Source: an uncultured Gammaproteobacteria bacterium (lineage in GTDB: Bacteria; Patescibacteriota; Microgenomatia; Levybacterales; UBA12049). From it: DNA of 64,000 nucleotides. Below are positions 47,990 to 56,524 of the stretch, piece by piece (within the stretch, counting starts at the first letter, position 1; each line of letters opens with the position of its first letter). The stretch is from contig CAYRJZ010000002.1 in assembly GCA_964424775.1 (NCBI GenBank), forward strand, positions 73,736-137,735, in the 5' to 3' direction. The position numbers and the translations under genes are program-made. The notes under the pieces were generated by a model. It saw only the letters and a list, made by a program, of their open reading frames with translations. It searched no databases and was not told the DNA's origin.

Positions 47990-49102
47990 ATGAAAATTGC
48001 ACTTATTGGAGGCCACCTTTCTCCATCCCTTGCAGTTATAGATAAAATTTCCTCAGATCATACACTCATTTTTTATGGAAGAAAGCATACTTTTGAAGGA
48101 GATACTGCTGTTAGTCTTGAATATAAAGTCATTACTGAAAAAAATATTCCTTTTATATCTTTGAGGACAGGTAGACTGCAACGCTCCTTAACTCGTCACA
48201 CACTTCCATCCCTTGGGAAATTACCTTTAGGATATTTTCAGTCACTTAAATCTCTAAAGAATGAGGGAGTTGATTGTGTTGTGTCATTCGGAGGCTATCT
48301 TTCCATTCCTGTTTGTACTGCAGCGCGGACACTACATATTCCTATTGTTATTCATGAACAAACGACAGAGGCGGGCTTTGCAAATAAAATGGTTGGGAAA
48401 TTTGCGAGTAAGGTCTGTATCTCATGGGAGTCATCAAGAGCTTTTTTCCCTAAAGAAAAGATCGTGTTAACTGGCAATCCACTACGTGTCTACAAAGATG
48501 AGAAAGCTTATAGAATTTTACAGACTGAAAAAGAAACTCCCTTACTCTATATTACAGGTGGAAGCTCGGGATCACACGTTCTGAATACACTTATTGAACA
48601 ATCCTTGCCTGAATTACTCAAAAAATACAGGGTTCTCCATCAGACGGGGGATGCACAAGAATTTAAAGACTATGATCGACTTGTAAGGCTCCGAGATACA
48701 CTTCCAACAGATCTCCAAAAGAGATATGAGCTCCATAAATTCATCACACCGGAAAGTGTCAAGTCCGTACTTACATCAAGTTCCTTAGTTATTAGCCGGT
48801 CGGGGATAAATACGGTCACCGAACTGTTGTTTTTTGGAGTACCGTCACTTTTGATCCCGCTTCCGACAGGCCAGAAAAATGAACAGTATACCAATGCACA
48901 GTTTTTGAAGAAAGTTGGGAGTGCTGAGGTCCTTGAGCAGAAAGACGCTACTGCTGAGGCACTACTAGACCATGTTGAGAGAATAGTACATAATAGATCA
49001 TACATGGAGAATGCTGTGAAGGGTCGATCTCTTGTTCGTCCTGACGCGGCAGAAAAAATTGTCCAGGTAATTATCGATGCTGCCCAGAAAAAGACTACTT
49101 AA
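47990..49102 (+). CDS. murG: Undecaprenyldiphospho-muramoylpentapeptide beta-N-acetylglucosaminyltransferase MurG
   Basis: MKIALIGGHLSP, ITGGSSGSH, SRSGINTVTELLFFGVPSLLIP. Confidence 0.85.
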   Translation: MKIALIGGHLSPSLAVIDKISSDHTLIFYGRKHTFEGDTAVSLEYKVITEKNIPFISLRTGRLQRSLTRHTLPSLGKLPLGYFQSLKSLKNEGVDCVVSFGGYLSIPVCTAARTLHIPIVIHEQTTEAGFANKMVGKFASKVCISWESSRAFFPKEKIVLTGNPLRVYKDEKAYRILQTEKETPLLYITGGSSGSHVLNTLIEQSLPELLKKYRVLHQTGDAQEFKDYDRLVRLRDTLPTDLQKRYELHKFITPESVKSVLTSSSLVISRSGINTVTELLFFGVPSLLIPLPTGQKNEQYTNAQFLKKVGSAEVLEQKDATAEALLDHVERIVHNRSYMENAVKGRSLVRPDAAEKIVQVIIDAAQKKTT

Positions 49103-49520
49103 AAAAGAAAAACATGTTCAAGCAAAAAAGAGAATGCTTTTTATCTCTTTTATAACCGGACTGCTTGGATTCTCTCTCATAGGAGTCGGGATCCTTGTTC
49201 TTCTCAAGGAGCCTCCATTTATCAGCCCGCTTCCTATTTTTCGACCTCTTCAGGCAGATGCAGAGAGTAAGGCAAAGAAGAAGGATATTGAACGTCTGTT
49301 AAAAGAAAAGAATATTGAGTATGAGAATATCCAGCAGGTTAAAAGTGGTATTTATACATTTGATGTTTCCGGACACGGTGAAGTGACAATTAGCACGAAA
49401 AAAGAGCTAAATCCGCAACTGTCCTCTTTACAAGTCATCCTTGTTCGACTTACAATGGAAGGTAAGAAATTTAAGAGGCTTGACGTGCGCTTCGACAGGC
49501 CGATTATTGTGTTGCAATGA
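49077..49520 (+). CDS. Small bitopic protein in the ftsQ/divIB slot (FtsQ-like, no POTRA domain)
   Basis: Basic N-terminus, one TM, and a roughly 100 aa beta-rich ectodomain between murG and ftsA. The assignment is positional. Confidence 0.35.
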   Translation: MLPRKRLLKKEKHVQAKKRMLFISFITGLLGFSLIGVGILVLLKEPPFISPLPIFRPLQADAESKAKKKDIERLLKEKNIEYENIQQVKSGIYTFDVSGHGEVTISTKKELNPQLSSLQVILVRLTMEGKKFKRLDVRFDRPIIVLQ

Positions 49521-50818
49521 AACAAAATGCAGTTGACGGAAAAATTGTAGTAGGAATTGATGTAGGTACGTATAAGATTGTGACTGTCATCGCGAAAGTT
49601 GATGAACAAGTTCACATCCTCGGGGTCTCTGAAGTAAAATCTGCAGGAATTAGAAAAGGTCAAATTGTAGATATAGAAGAGGCCGTTAACACCATTAATT
49701 CATCTATTGAAGCAGCAGAGAGAATGGCTGGATACTCAGTGTCCCATGTCTTTATCTCAATTGGCGGAAGTCAAATTGAGAGTCAGAACTCTCGTGGTGT
49801 TGTCGCAGTCTCAACTCCGCAAGGGGAAATTACTCCAACTGATCTCTTCCGTGTTATCGATGCTGCAAAAGCCATATCTCTCCCATCCACTCGTGAAATA
49901 ATTCATGTCCTTCCACGAAATTATATCGTTGATGGACAGGAAGGCATTAAAGATCCAGTTGGTATGTCTGGAGTAAGACTTGAAGTAGACACACATATTA
50001 TTACTGCAAATAGCATTGCTGTTCGAAATTTGGAAAAAGCTTTTTCAGAAGTTGGCGTTGATGTCAGTGGATTTGTCTTTAACGGGTATGCGAGTTCGCT
50101 CTCTGTTCTTTCTGAGACAGAACGTGAGTTAGGCGTTGTTCTCATCGATATAGGAGCTGGAACAACTGATATTTCAATTTATACAGAAGGTTCTGTTGCT
50201 TATTCATCAGTGTTAGCAATTGGTGCACGACACATTACGAACGACTTAGCGATCGGACTTCGTATCTCTTTGGAAAGTGCTGAGAAGATCAAGTTATTCC
50301 TTTCACAAAATCAGTCTCGTCGAATTCTCAGACCAGAGGATGATGATGACAAGCCAAAGGAGAAGGCAAGTGATGAGATAGATTTATCCTCTCTCAATTT
50401 ACCTGAGGAAGTACGTAAAGTCTCACAAAAGACTCTTGTTGAAGGAATTATTAGACCTCGACTCAATGAGATCTTTACCATGGTCGGAATTGAGCTCAAA
50501 AAGAGTGGCTATGGCGGACAGACTCCAGCAGGTATTGTCATTACAGGTGGAGGAGCTCTCACCGTTGGAATTAAAGATTCTGCAAAGAGAATGCTCGCAA
50601 TGCCTGTTCGAGTAGGAGAGCCTACAGATCTCAAAGGAATTATAGATGAAGTTCAGAGTCCAGCATACTCAACTGCTGTTGGACTTATTATGTATGGAGC
50701 GAAAAATGACACTGGAAGAGCAGCATCATTTGGAGGATTTTCTATGCCAAAAGTTCCCGGTGCATCCGGCAAATCAATAAAGAAGATAATCGATATCATC
50801 AAATCGTTTATTCCGTAA
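49517..50818 (+). CDS. ftsA: Cell division protein FtsA
   Basis: VVGIDVGTYKIV (actin-fold phosphate 1), DIGAGTTDIS, and a C-terminal amphipathic tail. Confidence 0.85.
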   Translation: MKQNAVDGKIVVGIDVGTYKIVTVIAKVDEQVHILGVSEVKSAGIRKGQIVDIEEAVNTINSSIEAAERMAGYSVSHVFISIGGSQIESQNSRGVVAVSTPQGEITPTDLFRVIDAAKAISLPSTREIIHVLPRNYIVDGQEGIKDPVGMSGVRLEVDTHIITANSIAVRNLEKAFSEVGVDVSGFVFNGYASSLSVLSETERELGVVLIDIGAGTTDISIYTEGSVAYSSVLAIGARHITNDLAIGLRISLESAEKIKLFLSQNQSRRILRPEDDDDKPKEKASDEIDLSSLNLPEEVRKVSQKTLVEGIIRPRLNEIFTMVGIELKKSGYGGQTPAGIVITGGGALTVGIKDSAKRMLAMPVRVGEPTDLKGIIDEVQSPAYSTAVGLIMYGAKNDTGRAASFGGFSMPKVPGASGKSIKKIIDIIKSFIP

Positions 50819-50889
50819 GTATCCCAGCAGTTCTGAATAGTCTGTTATATTGCATTTGCAATCTGTATCTGTTAGGATGACTCCATCCT

Positions 50890-52101
50890 ATGCTCATTAG
50901 ACCACAAACCACCAACTTCGCTAAGATCAGAGTTATAGGTATCGGTGGTGGAGGCGGAAATGCTATCGCCTCAATGATCAATCACTCCAACATTCAGGGT
51001 GTCGACTTCGTCGCTATCAACACAGACGCTCAGGCACTCCTTCTCAATCCCGCAACAACGAAATTACAAATAGGTGAAAATCTCACCAAAGGACTTGGCT
51101 CTGGTGGAGATCCGGAAATAGGTCGACAGGCAGCTGAGGAATCAGCAGAAAAAATTAAAGATATGCTTGAGGGATCTGACATGGTCTTTTTGACAGCTGG
51201 AATGGGTGGAGGATCAGGAACGGGAGCAACACCTGTTGTTGCGAAAATTGCTAAAGAAGTAGGAGCGCTCACCGTTGCTGTTGTGACCAAGCCATTTACT
51301 TTTGAAGGAACACGCCGAGCTGTCTCAGCTGATGAAGGTATTGAAGGACTTAAAGACAAAGTTGACACTCTTATCGTTATCCCAAATCAGCGAATTATGG
51401 ATGTTGTTGACCGCAAGTTATCTCTTCTTGAAGCGTTCAAAGTTGCTGACTCAGTGCTCAGTCAGGGTGTACAGGGAATTTCAGAGATTATCACGCTTCC
51501 AGGACTTATCAACGTTGACTTTGCCGATGTTCGAACGATCATGTCAAATGCGGGTAGTGCTCTTATGGGTATCGGAACAGGCATTGGTGAGAATAGAGCA
51601 CAAGCAGCAGCACGGGCAGCTATCGCATCACCTCTTCTTGAAGTAACGATGGAAGGAGCACGTGGAGTTCTCTTTAATATTGTTGGAGGAAATGATCTGA
51701 CGATGACTGAAGTAGATGAAGCAGCAAAGATCATCTCAAGTGCAGCTGATTCAGATGCAAATATCATTTTCGGAGCAACTATAGATGAGTCAATGCATGA
51801 TCAGATCAGAATTACTGTTGTCGCAACAGGCTTTGATCAGACCAAACAGCGTCTTCAGCAATTTGTCGCACCACACCTTCGCATGCCATCCCAGGCACAG
51901 GAAGAAGTCAAACAGTACATCAACACTGTTACAGGTCGGCCAGTTGAGCCACACGAGACACCACAGCACAATACGATTCAGCCTATGCCACAACAGCAAC
52001 AACAGCAGCCACAACAAAATTCAGCTCCTCAACAGCAGGAGCAGCGCCCATCAGAAGAAGATGAATGGGATATCCCCGCATTCCTAAGACAGAGAAATTA
52101 G
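50890..52101 (+). CDS. ftsZ: Cell division GTPase FtsZ with a Gln/Pro-rich linker and a conserved C-terminal peptide
   Basis: [11 protein letters not shown], the tubulin signature [13 protein letters not shown], and a C-terminal [10 protein letters not shown]. Confidence 0.9.
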   Translation: MLIRPQTTNFAKIRVIGIGGGGGNAIASMINHSNIQGVDFVAINTDAQALLLNPATTKLQIGENLTKGLGSGGDPEIGRQAAEESAEKIKDMLEGSDMVFLTAGMGGGSGTGATPVVAKIAKEVGALTVAVVTKPFTFEGTRRAVSADEGIEGLKDKVDTLIVIPNQRIMDVVDRKLSLLEAFKVADSVLSQGVQGISEIITLPGLINVDFADVRTIMSNAGSALMGIGTGIGENRAQAAARAAIASPLLEVTMEGARGVLFNIVGGNDLTMTEVDEAAKIISSAADSDANIIFGATIDESMHDQIRITVVATGFDQTKQRLQQFVAPHLRMPSQAQEEVKQYINTVTGRPVEPHETPQHNTIQPMPQQQQQQPQQNSAPQQQEQRPSEEDEWDIPAFLRQRN

Positions 52102-52105
52102 AGTT

Positions 52106-52714
52106 ATGGTAATGCTTGAAAATCATCTAGAACTTCAAAGGTGTCCTCATTGTAACGTAGATTCACCCAGCCTTGTTCTTCAATCTACGCATAATACTAC
52201 TGATCATTCTGGTAACTTTAGTAGACTTTGGAATGTATATGTATGTAAGAGATGTGGTGGGGTAGTTATTGCTTGGGCTTATCATAAGGGAGGAGATGTT
52301 CAAGAGATATTTCCTTCTGATAAATCTGTTTCCGATTCAATTCCAGATAAGGCACGAGCTTATCTTAATCAAGCTATGGATAGTATTCATGCTCCAGCTG
52401 GTTCAATTATGTTGTCAGCGAGTGCTGTAGATGCGATGTTGAAAAATAAAGGTTATAAAGAAGGAAGTCTATATACAAGAATTAATCAAGCTGTTAATAA
52501 TCATCTAATAACAAAAGGAATGGCAGATTGGGCACATGAAGTCAGATTAGATGCCAATGATGAAAGACATGCAGATGAGGATAATTTGTTACCTACGGAA
52601 TCTGATGCAAAAAAATGTTTAGAGTTTGCTTTTGCGTTTGGTGATTTCCTTTTTGTTTTACCAGAGAGAGTAACGAGAGGAATTCAATCTGCTAAAAGTG
52701 ATATTGACTCATAA
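52106..52714 (+). CDS. Zinc-ribbon plus DUF4145-like (HEPN-related) domain protein
   Basis: C4 ribbon CPHC...CKRCGG. The C-terminal alpha domain has SAVDAMLKNKG...LYTRINQAV...WAHEVRLDANDERHAD...AKKCLEFAFAFGDFLF, which matches the DUF4145 R-x3-N-x3-H core. Confidence 0.45.
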   Translation: MVMLENHLELQRCPHCNVDSPSLVLQSTHNTTDHSGNFSRLWNVYVCKRCGGVVIAWAYHKGGDVQEIFPSDKSVSDSIPDKARAYLNQAMDSIHAPAGSIMLSASAVDAMLKNKGYKEGSLYTRINQAVNNHLITKGMADWAHEVRLDANDERHADEDNLLPTESDAKKCLEFAFAFGDFLFVLPERVTRGIQSAKSDIDS

Positions 52715-52766
52715 ATATTTCCCCAATATTCCTAAAATTGAAATCTTTTAAATAAATTATTTAGAT

Positions 52767-53273
52767 ATGGTTAATAAATTTGGGTATAAATTAAAAATTA
52801 TATATAAAATTGAGAAAGAATTAAAAAATTTAGATTCAGAAGCCCAAGTTGTTTATATTCTAACTCAAATATTTCGTATCATTGAATCGAAAAATCAGGA
52901 AGTTGAGTATCCATGTATAAATTTCTATAGAAATTGGACAGTGCATTCAAAAATTGATAGAAACTTTAAACCTCAAATCAAATTAATTCTATTATATTTC
53001 ATTAAAAATCCAGGAAGTAGAGAGTTTTTTTTATTTCATAATGAACTTATACTTGAGATGTTCAAGTTTTTTAAAGAGCATAGTGTTTCCGAGTTAGATG
53101 TTGAGCAGGTGGAAAAATTTATATTTCTGCTAAGTAAAGTCTTATCTGATACTCCAGTGAAGATCAAAATTGATAATTCTATCTATATAGTTGAATTATC
53201 AGAACCCAAAAATATTGGTAAGACTGGGGTTTACAAGATTGATGTAGAGGTAAATGTACCTTTCTTGAAATAG
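52767..53273 (+). CDS. Hypothetical protein (very AT-rich gene)
   Basis: ORF only. A 60-nt line inside it counts about 22% GC. Confidence 0.3.
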   Translation: MVNKFGYKLKIIYKIEKELKNLDSEAQVVYILTQIFRIIESKNQEVEYPCINFYRNWTVHSKIDRNFKPQIKLILLYFIKNPGSREFFLFHNELILEMFKFFKEHSVSELDVEQVEKFIFLLSKVLSDTPVKIKIDNSIYIVELSEPKNIGKTGVYKIDVEVNVPFLK

Positions 53274-53344
53274 CGTCAATAAATTATTTTTAGTACATGG
53301 ACTAACATGTTTTAATGCTCAGCTTCATTTGATATACTTCATCT

Positions 53345-53812
53345 ATGATTAGTCATGCTCCTGAGAATTACATTTGTCCTTTTTGCGAAATTGCTGAGGG
53401 GAAAGACACGAGTGATGGACAGACGAAAGATGAATTTGTCTTTTACTCAGATGAAAATACGGTCGCATTTATTTCCTCAATGACATGGCCCCACAACGCG
53501 GGAAATGTTTTAATTATTCCCAGACATCACTTTGAAAATATTTATGACATTTCACCAGATGCACTTTCTCAGACATACATCACAGCTAAAAAAGTAGCTA
53601 CTGCGATGAAAGAACTTTATAAATGCGATGCAACTTCCATGAGACAACACAATGAGCCAGATGGCAATCAAAGTGTCTGGCATTTTCATGTCCATGTGCT
53701 GCCCCGATATAAAGATGACAATTTATACCTCAATCATAAAAATAAAAGAATGATGAGTGATGATGAGAGAAAGAAATATGCTGATCTATTAAAAAAGCAT
53801 TTTTCTAAATAA
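53345..53812 (+). CDS. HIT-family nucleotide hydrolase/transferase
   Basis: Zn ribbon CPFC at the N-terminus and the histidine triad VWHFHVHVLPRY. Confidence 0.75.
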   Translation: MISHAPENYICPFCEIAEGKDTSDGQTKDEFVFYSDENTVAFISSMTWPHNAGNVLIIPRHHFENIYDISPDALSQTYITAKKVATAMKELYKCDATSMRQHNEPDGNQSVWHFHVHVLPRYKDDNLYLNHKNKRMMSDDERKKYADLLKKHFSK

Positions 53813-53874
53813 AAGTACAACAAACACTACCGGCATAAGCAAGTGCTCTACTTAATTTTTGATATACTTCACAT

Positions 53875-54423
53875 ATGGAAAATGGTAATCGTGTGATCAT
53901 TAAATCATGGCATGACTTGACTCGAGACGAACTGGACGAGATGAATGAAAGTCATGCACGAGAATGGAATATCTCATCAATGAATCCAGATTATCATGCA
54001 GAAAATATATTTTTTTTATTGAAAGACAGTGAAAAAAATATTCTCGCCCAAGGTCAACTCGTTCCAATTAAAGGTGTCGTTTTTAATGGTGAGACATTTG
54101 ATATTTTTGGAATTGGCGGAATTATTGCCAATAAAAAAGGAGAAGGGTATGGAAGACAAATAATGAATGCGATTAAGGATTATTTAACATCACATAATAC
54201 AACAGGAGTTGGATTTACTGGATTTTCAGGATTTTATGAAAAGTGTGGATTTAATGTCGATCGGGATGCAATAAAGCGTTTTATCTATATGACTGATGGT
54301 AAAGAAGTTGTGAATACAGAGAGTGATAGAGTATGTTTTTTGGATGCTGAGGATAATTTTATGGAGAAGGTAATTCAGAACCAACACGAATTAGTTTATT
54401 TACCACGTACTCCTGACTGGTAA
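53875..54423 (+). CDS. GNAT-family acetyltransferase
   Basis: IANKKGEGYGRQIMNAIKDYL (motif A). Confidence 0.5.
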   Translation: MENGNRVIIKSWHDLTRDELDEMNESHAREWNISSMNPDYHAENIFFLLKDSEKNILAQGQLVPIKGVVFNGETFDIFGIGGIIANKKGEGYGRQIMNAIKDYLTSHNTTGVGFTGFSGFYEKCGFNVDRDAIKRFIYMTDGKEVVNTESDRVCFLDAEDNFMEKVIQNQHELVYLPRTPDW

Positions 54424-54651
54424 ATTTTTAAACACTTATATTTTGAGTGAACAGCTCAGTTGTGTTAAAATCCCTCTAATTTAAAAGTATAAATGAGTAA
54501 TTGCACTCGCTGAATACTTTTGAATTATTCTTTTCGCTCGTTAATAATTTCAGTTGTTTAAAAAGTGTTTCAAGCTGTTCCTACGAGGTCTTAATTATTC
54601 TGACTTGGTAGGTGCAGCTTGTGCACTACGTGAATCACAAGGAGATCCGTC

Positions 54652-55179
54652 ATGACTCAAAGGTCGAGTGGTTCGGAAGTGCCACAGGATCCCATCGGAA
54701 TCGACGGAAAGGAAGTACAACTTCCTTCCTCGTCCAATAGGCGATTGGTTCGGCTCGATTATAAGTGCAGCTTCTGCAACAAGCAGCAAGAGGAGGTGAA
54801 GCGCCTCATCGCTGGTCCGAACAAGGTCTACATTTGCGACGAGTGCGTCAGCCTCTGCAACGAGATCATCGGCGATGAATACGACCAGCCAGGCGAAGTT
54901 GTAGAGAAGATCGACAGCATCGCTGATGAACTCAGGGAACGAGGAAAGAGTGATGAAGGTCTAGAGCAGGTACTTGCTGCTCTGAGTGTGATGAGGCAAC
55001 TGGTCTCCTCGCATCAAGCCTTTCTCCCACCAGAATTCCCTGTGTTTCTCGTCAAAGCAGCTACCTTTGCTTCCGACAGGTTCCTCTCCGGAGAACATGT
55101 TGGGTCTTCAACTGATGGTGAAGATCACAAAGCAGAGGATCCAACTGCGAAAGCAGATACCAACGCTAACGACAACTGA
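54652..55179 (+). CDS. Stand-alone ClpX-type C4 zinc-binding domain protein (no AAA+ module) with an acidic C-terminal tail
   Basis: [40 protein letters not shown] is close to the ClpX N-terminal ZBD ([34 protein letters not shown]). AAGGAG sits 7 nt before the ATG. Confidence 0.65.
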   Translation: MTQRSSGSEVPQDPIGIDGKEVQLPSSSNRRLVRLDYKCSFCNKQQEEVKRLIAGPNKVYICDECVSLCNEIIGDEYDQPGEVVEKIDSIADELRERGKSDEGLEQVLAALSVMRQLVSSHQAFLPPEFPVFLVKAATFASDRFLSGEHVGSSTDGEDHKAEDPTAKADTNANDN

Positions 55180-55188
55180 CAAACGAGC

Positions 55189-55262
55189 GAAACACCCCAG
55201 TGATTCCGAGAGGGATCTCTCCACGAAAGTGGTTTCCGCAAGGATAGGGGTGTTTTTGCTTT
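55189..55262. terminator. Structured intergenic element between convergent genes: 9-bp outer stem (AAACACCCC/GGGGTGTTT) enclosing two small hairpins, followed by a T-tract
   Basis: Outer stem 55190-55198 with 55247-55255. Inner hairpins are GAGAG-GGAT-CTCTC (55208-55221) and C(C)AC-GAAA-GTGG (55221-55232). TTTTTGCTTTTTATATTTT follows. Confidence 0.4.
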
Positions 55263-56183
55263 TTATATTTTCTTGGGGAAGATAACAGAGAGGATCATCG
55301 AGATAGCGAGTGCTAGCATGATAATGCCGAAGGAGACTATTGATGATAGATGTATTCCAAAAATATCGATCAGCATTTTGCCTCCAATAAAGATCAGGAT
55401 AAATGCCAAACCTTTTTGAAGATGGTGAAATCTGTGAAGAACATCTTCAAGAAGGAAGAACAATGCACGAAGCCCCATAATCGCAAAAACATTTGAGGTG
55501 AAGATAATAAATGGATCTCTCGTTATTGCAAATGCTGCAGGAATTGAATCAATTGCAAAGACAATATCAGTTGCTTCGACCATAAGGACGATGAGAAAAA
55601 GCGTTGTAAAATACCATTTGCCATTTTCCCGAAGAACAAATTTGCCATTATGTTCAGATGTCGTGAAAGGAAGATACTTACGAGAAGCACGTACAACTTT
55701 ACTTTTTTCAAGATCGACATGTTCTTCTTTTTTATCCTTAAAAAGTTTGATACCCGTATACACTAATAATGCACCGAAAATGTATAACACCCAGTGGAAC
55801 TGACTAATAATAATTGATCCAATTCCAATAAAAAGTCCTCTGAAAAAAATTGCTCCGATAATTCCCCAGAAGAGAACTCGATGATGATATTTTTCTTCAA
55901 TTTTGAAAAAACTAAATATCAAGGCAATAACAAATAAATTATCAACGGAGAGCATTTTTTCTGTAACATATGCACTCATGAATTCAGCTGCTTTACTAGG
56001 TCCGAGAAGGAAAAAGAGAAGTATGCCGAAGACAAATGCTATTGCTATCCAGAAAAGTGACTGGAGAAGTGCTGATTTGGGAGCAACTCTATGGGCTCGT
56101 CTATTGAGAAATCCAAGATCTAGGATAAGAAATCCGACAACAACTGCACCAAAGATAAGAAGTAATATTGTTTGTATATCCAT
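55263..56183 (-). CDS. TerC-family integral membrane protein (Alx/MeeY/YkoY-like)
   Basis: SVDNLFVIALIFSFF, GIIGAIFFRGLFIG, 306 aa, about nine TM. Confidence 0.8.
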   Translation of the reverse strand: MDIQTILLLIFGAVVVGFLILDLGFLNRRAHRVAPKSALLQSLFWIAIAFVFGILLFFLLGPSKAAEFMSAYVTEKMLSVDNLFVIALIFSFFKIEEKYHHRVLFWGIIGAIFFRGLFIGIGSIIISQFHWVLYIFGALLVYTGIKLFKDKKEEHVDLEKSKVVRASRKYLPFTTSEHNGKFVLRENGKWYFTTLFLIVLMVEATDIVFAIDSIPAAFAITRDPFIIFTSNVFAIMGLRALFFLLEDVLHRFHHLQKGLAFILIFIGGKMLIDIFGIHLSSIVSFGIIMLALAISMILSVIFPKKI

Positions 56184-56360
56184 AATGTCTAATCGAAGTG
56201 AAAAGAAGAAGAAGTCTTACTAAAAAGACCTTCAACCACTTATTCACTGAGAATAAAGGCCAAAGGTCTGACTATGCGAGGTGCATTGATAGAACCAGGA
56301 ATTCCGAGATTGTTGATTCTACCTCCGGTATTGTTCCGGCAGCTACTCCCCCTTGGAGAA
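56184..56360 (-). promoter_or_regulatory. yybP-ykoY (Mn2+) riboswitch-like leader with a terminator-type expression platform upstream of the TerC gene
   Basis: The minus-strand RNA reads CCAAGGGGGAGUAGCUGCCGG...CCGGAGGUAG...GCAUAGUCAGACCUUUGG. The 5' GGGGAGUAGC block and the 3' GACCUUUGG block that closes P1 are the hallmark conserved segments of yybP-ykoY. Downstream, GGUCUU-UUUAGU-AAGACU followed by UCUUCUUCUUUU (plus-strand 56201-56233) looks like an intrinsic terminator. Confidence 0.55.
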
Positions 56361-56524
56361 TTTTATTTTACAAAATTTATGATGTTTTGCCAATAGCTCA
56401 AGGATACGAAGAATATAGTGATTGTTAATGCTTTACATTTGTAAGTAAACTTATCAATTTCTTACAATTTTCTTTATGAAGATTTGTTGTATTCGTTGGT
56501 ATTGTTGCGTAATAATAAACAATC

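Noticed and set aside
47728-48045. 105-aa ORF overlapping the ftsW 3' end and the murG 5' end.
   Set aside because: It is out of frame with two well-supported genes and has no motif support.
51030-52087. Five overlapping ORFs on both strands inside ftsZ: 51030..51368(-), 51302..51646(+), 51462..51767(-), 51785..52087(+) and 51790..52017(-).
   Set aside because: The ftsZ region is unusually GC-rich for this window, which produces long random ORFs in alternative frames. The FtsZ frame carries the unmistakable tubulin signature.
54595-54789. 64-aa minus-strand ORF and 55067..55285 plus-strand ORF within the GC-rich ClpX-ZBD segment.
   Set aside because: They overlap the ClpX-ZBD coding frame, which has a near-perfect zinc-binding-domain match. 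High GC inflates random ORF length.
56198-56428. 76-aa ORF in the TerC upstream region.
   Set aside because: The region is better explained as the yybP-ykoY riboswitch leader on the opposite strand.
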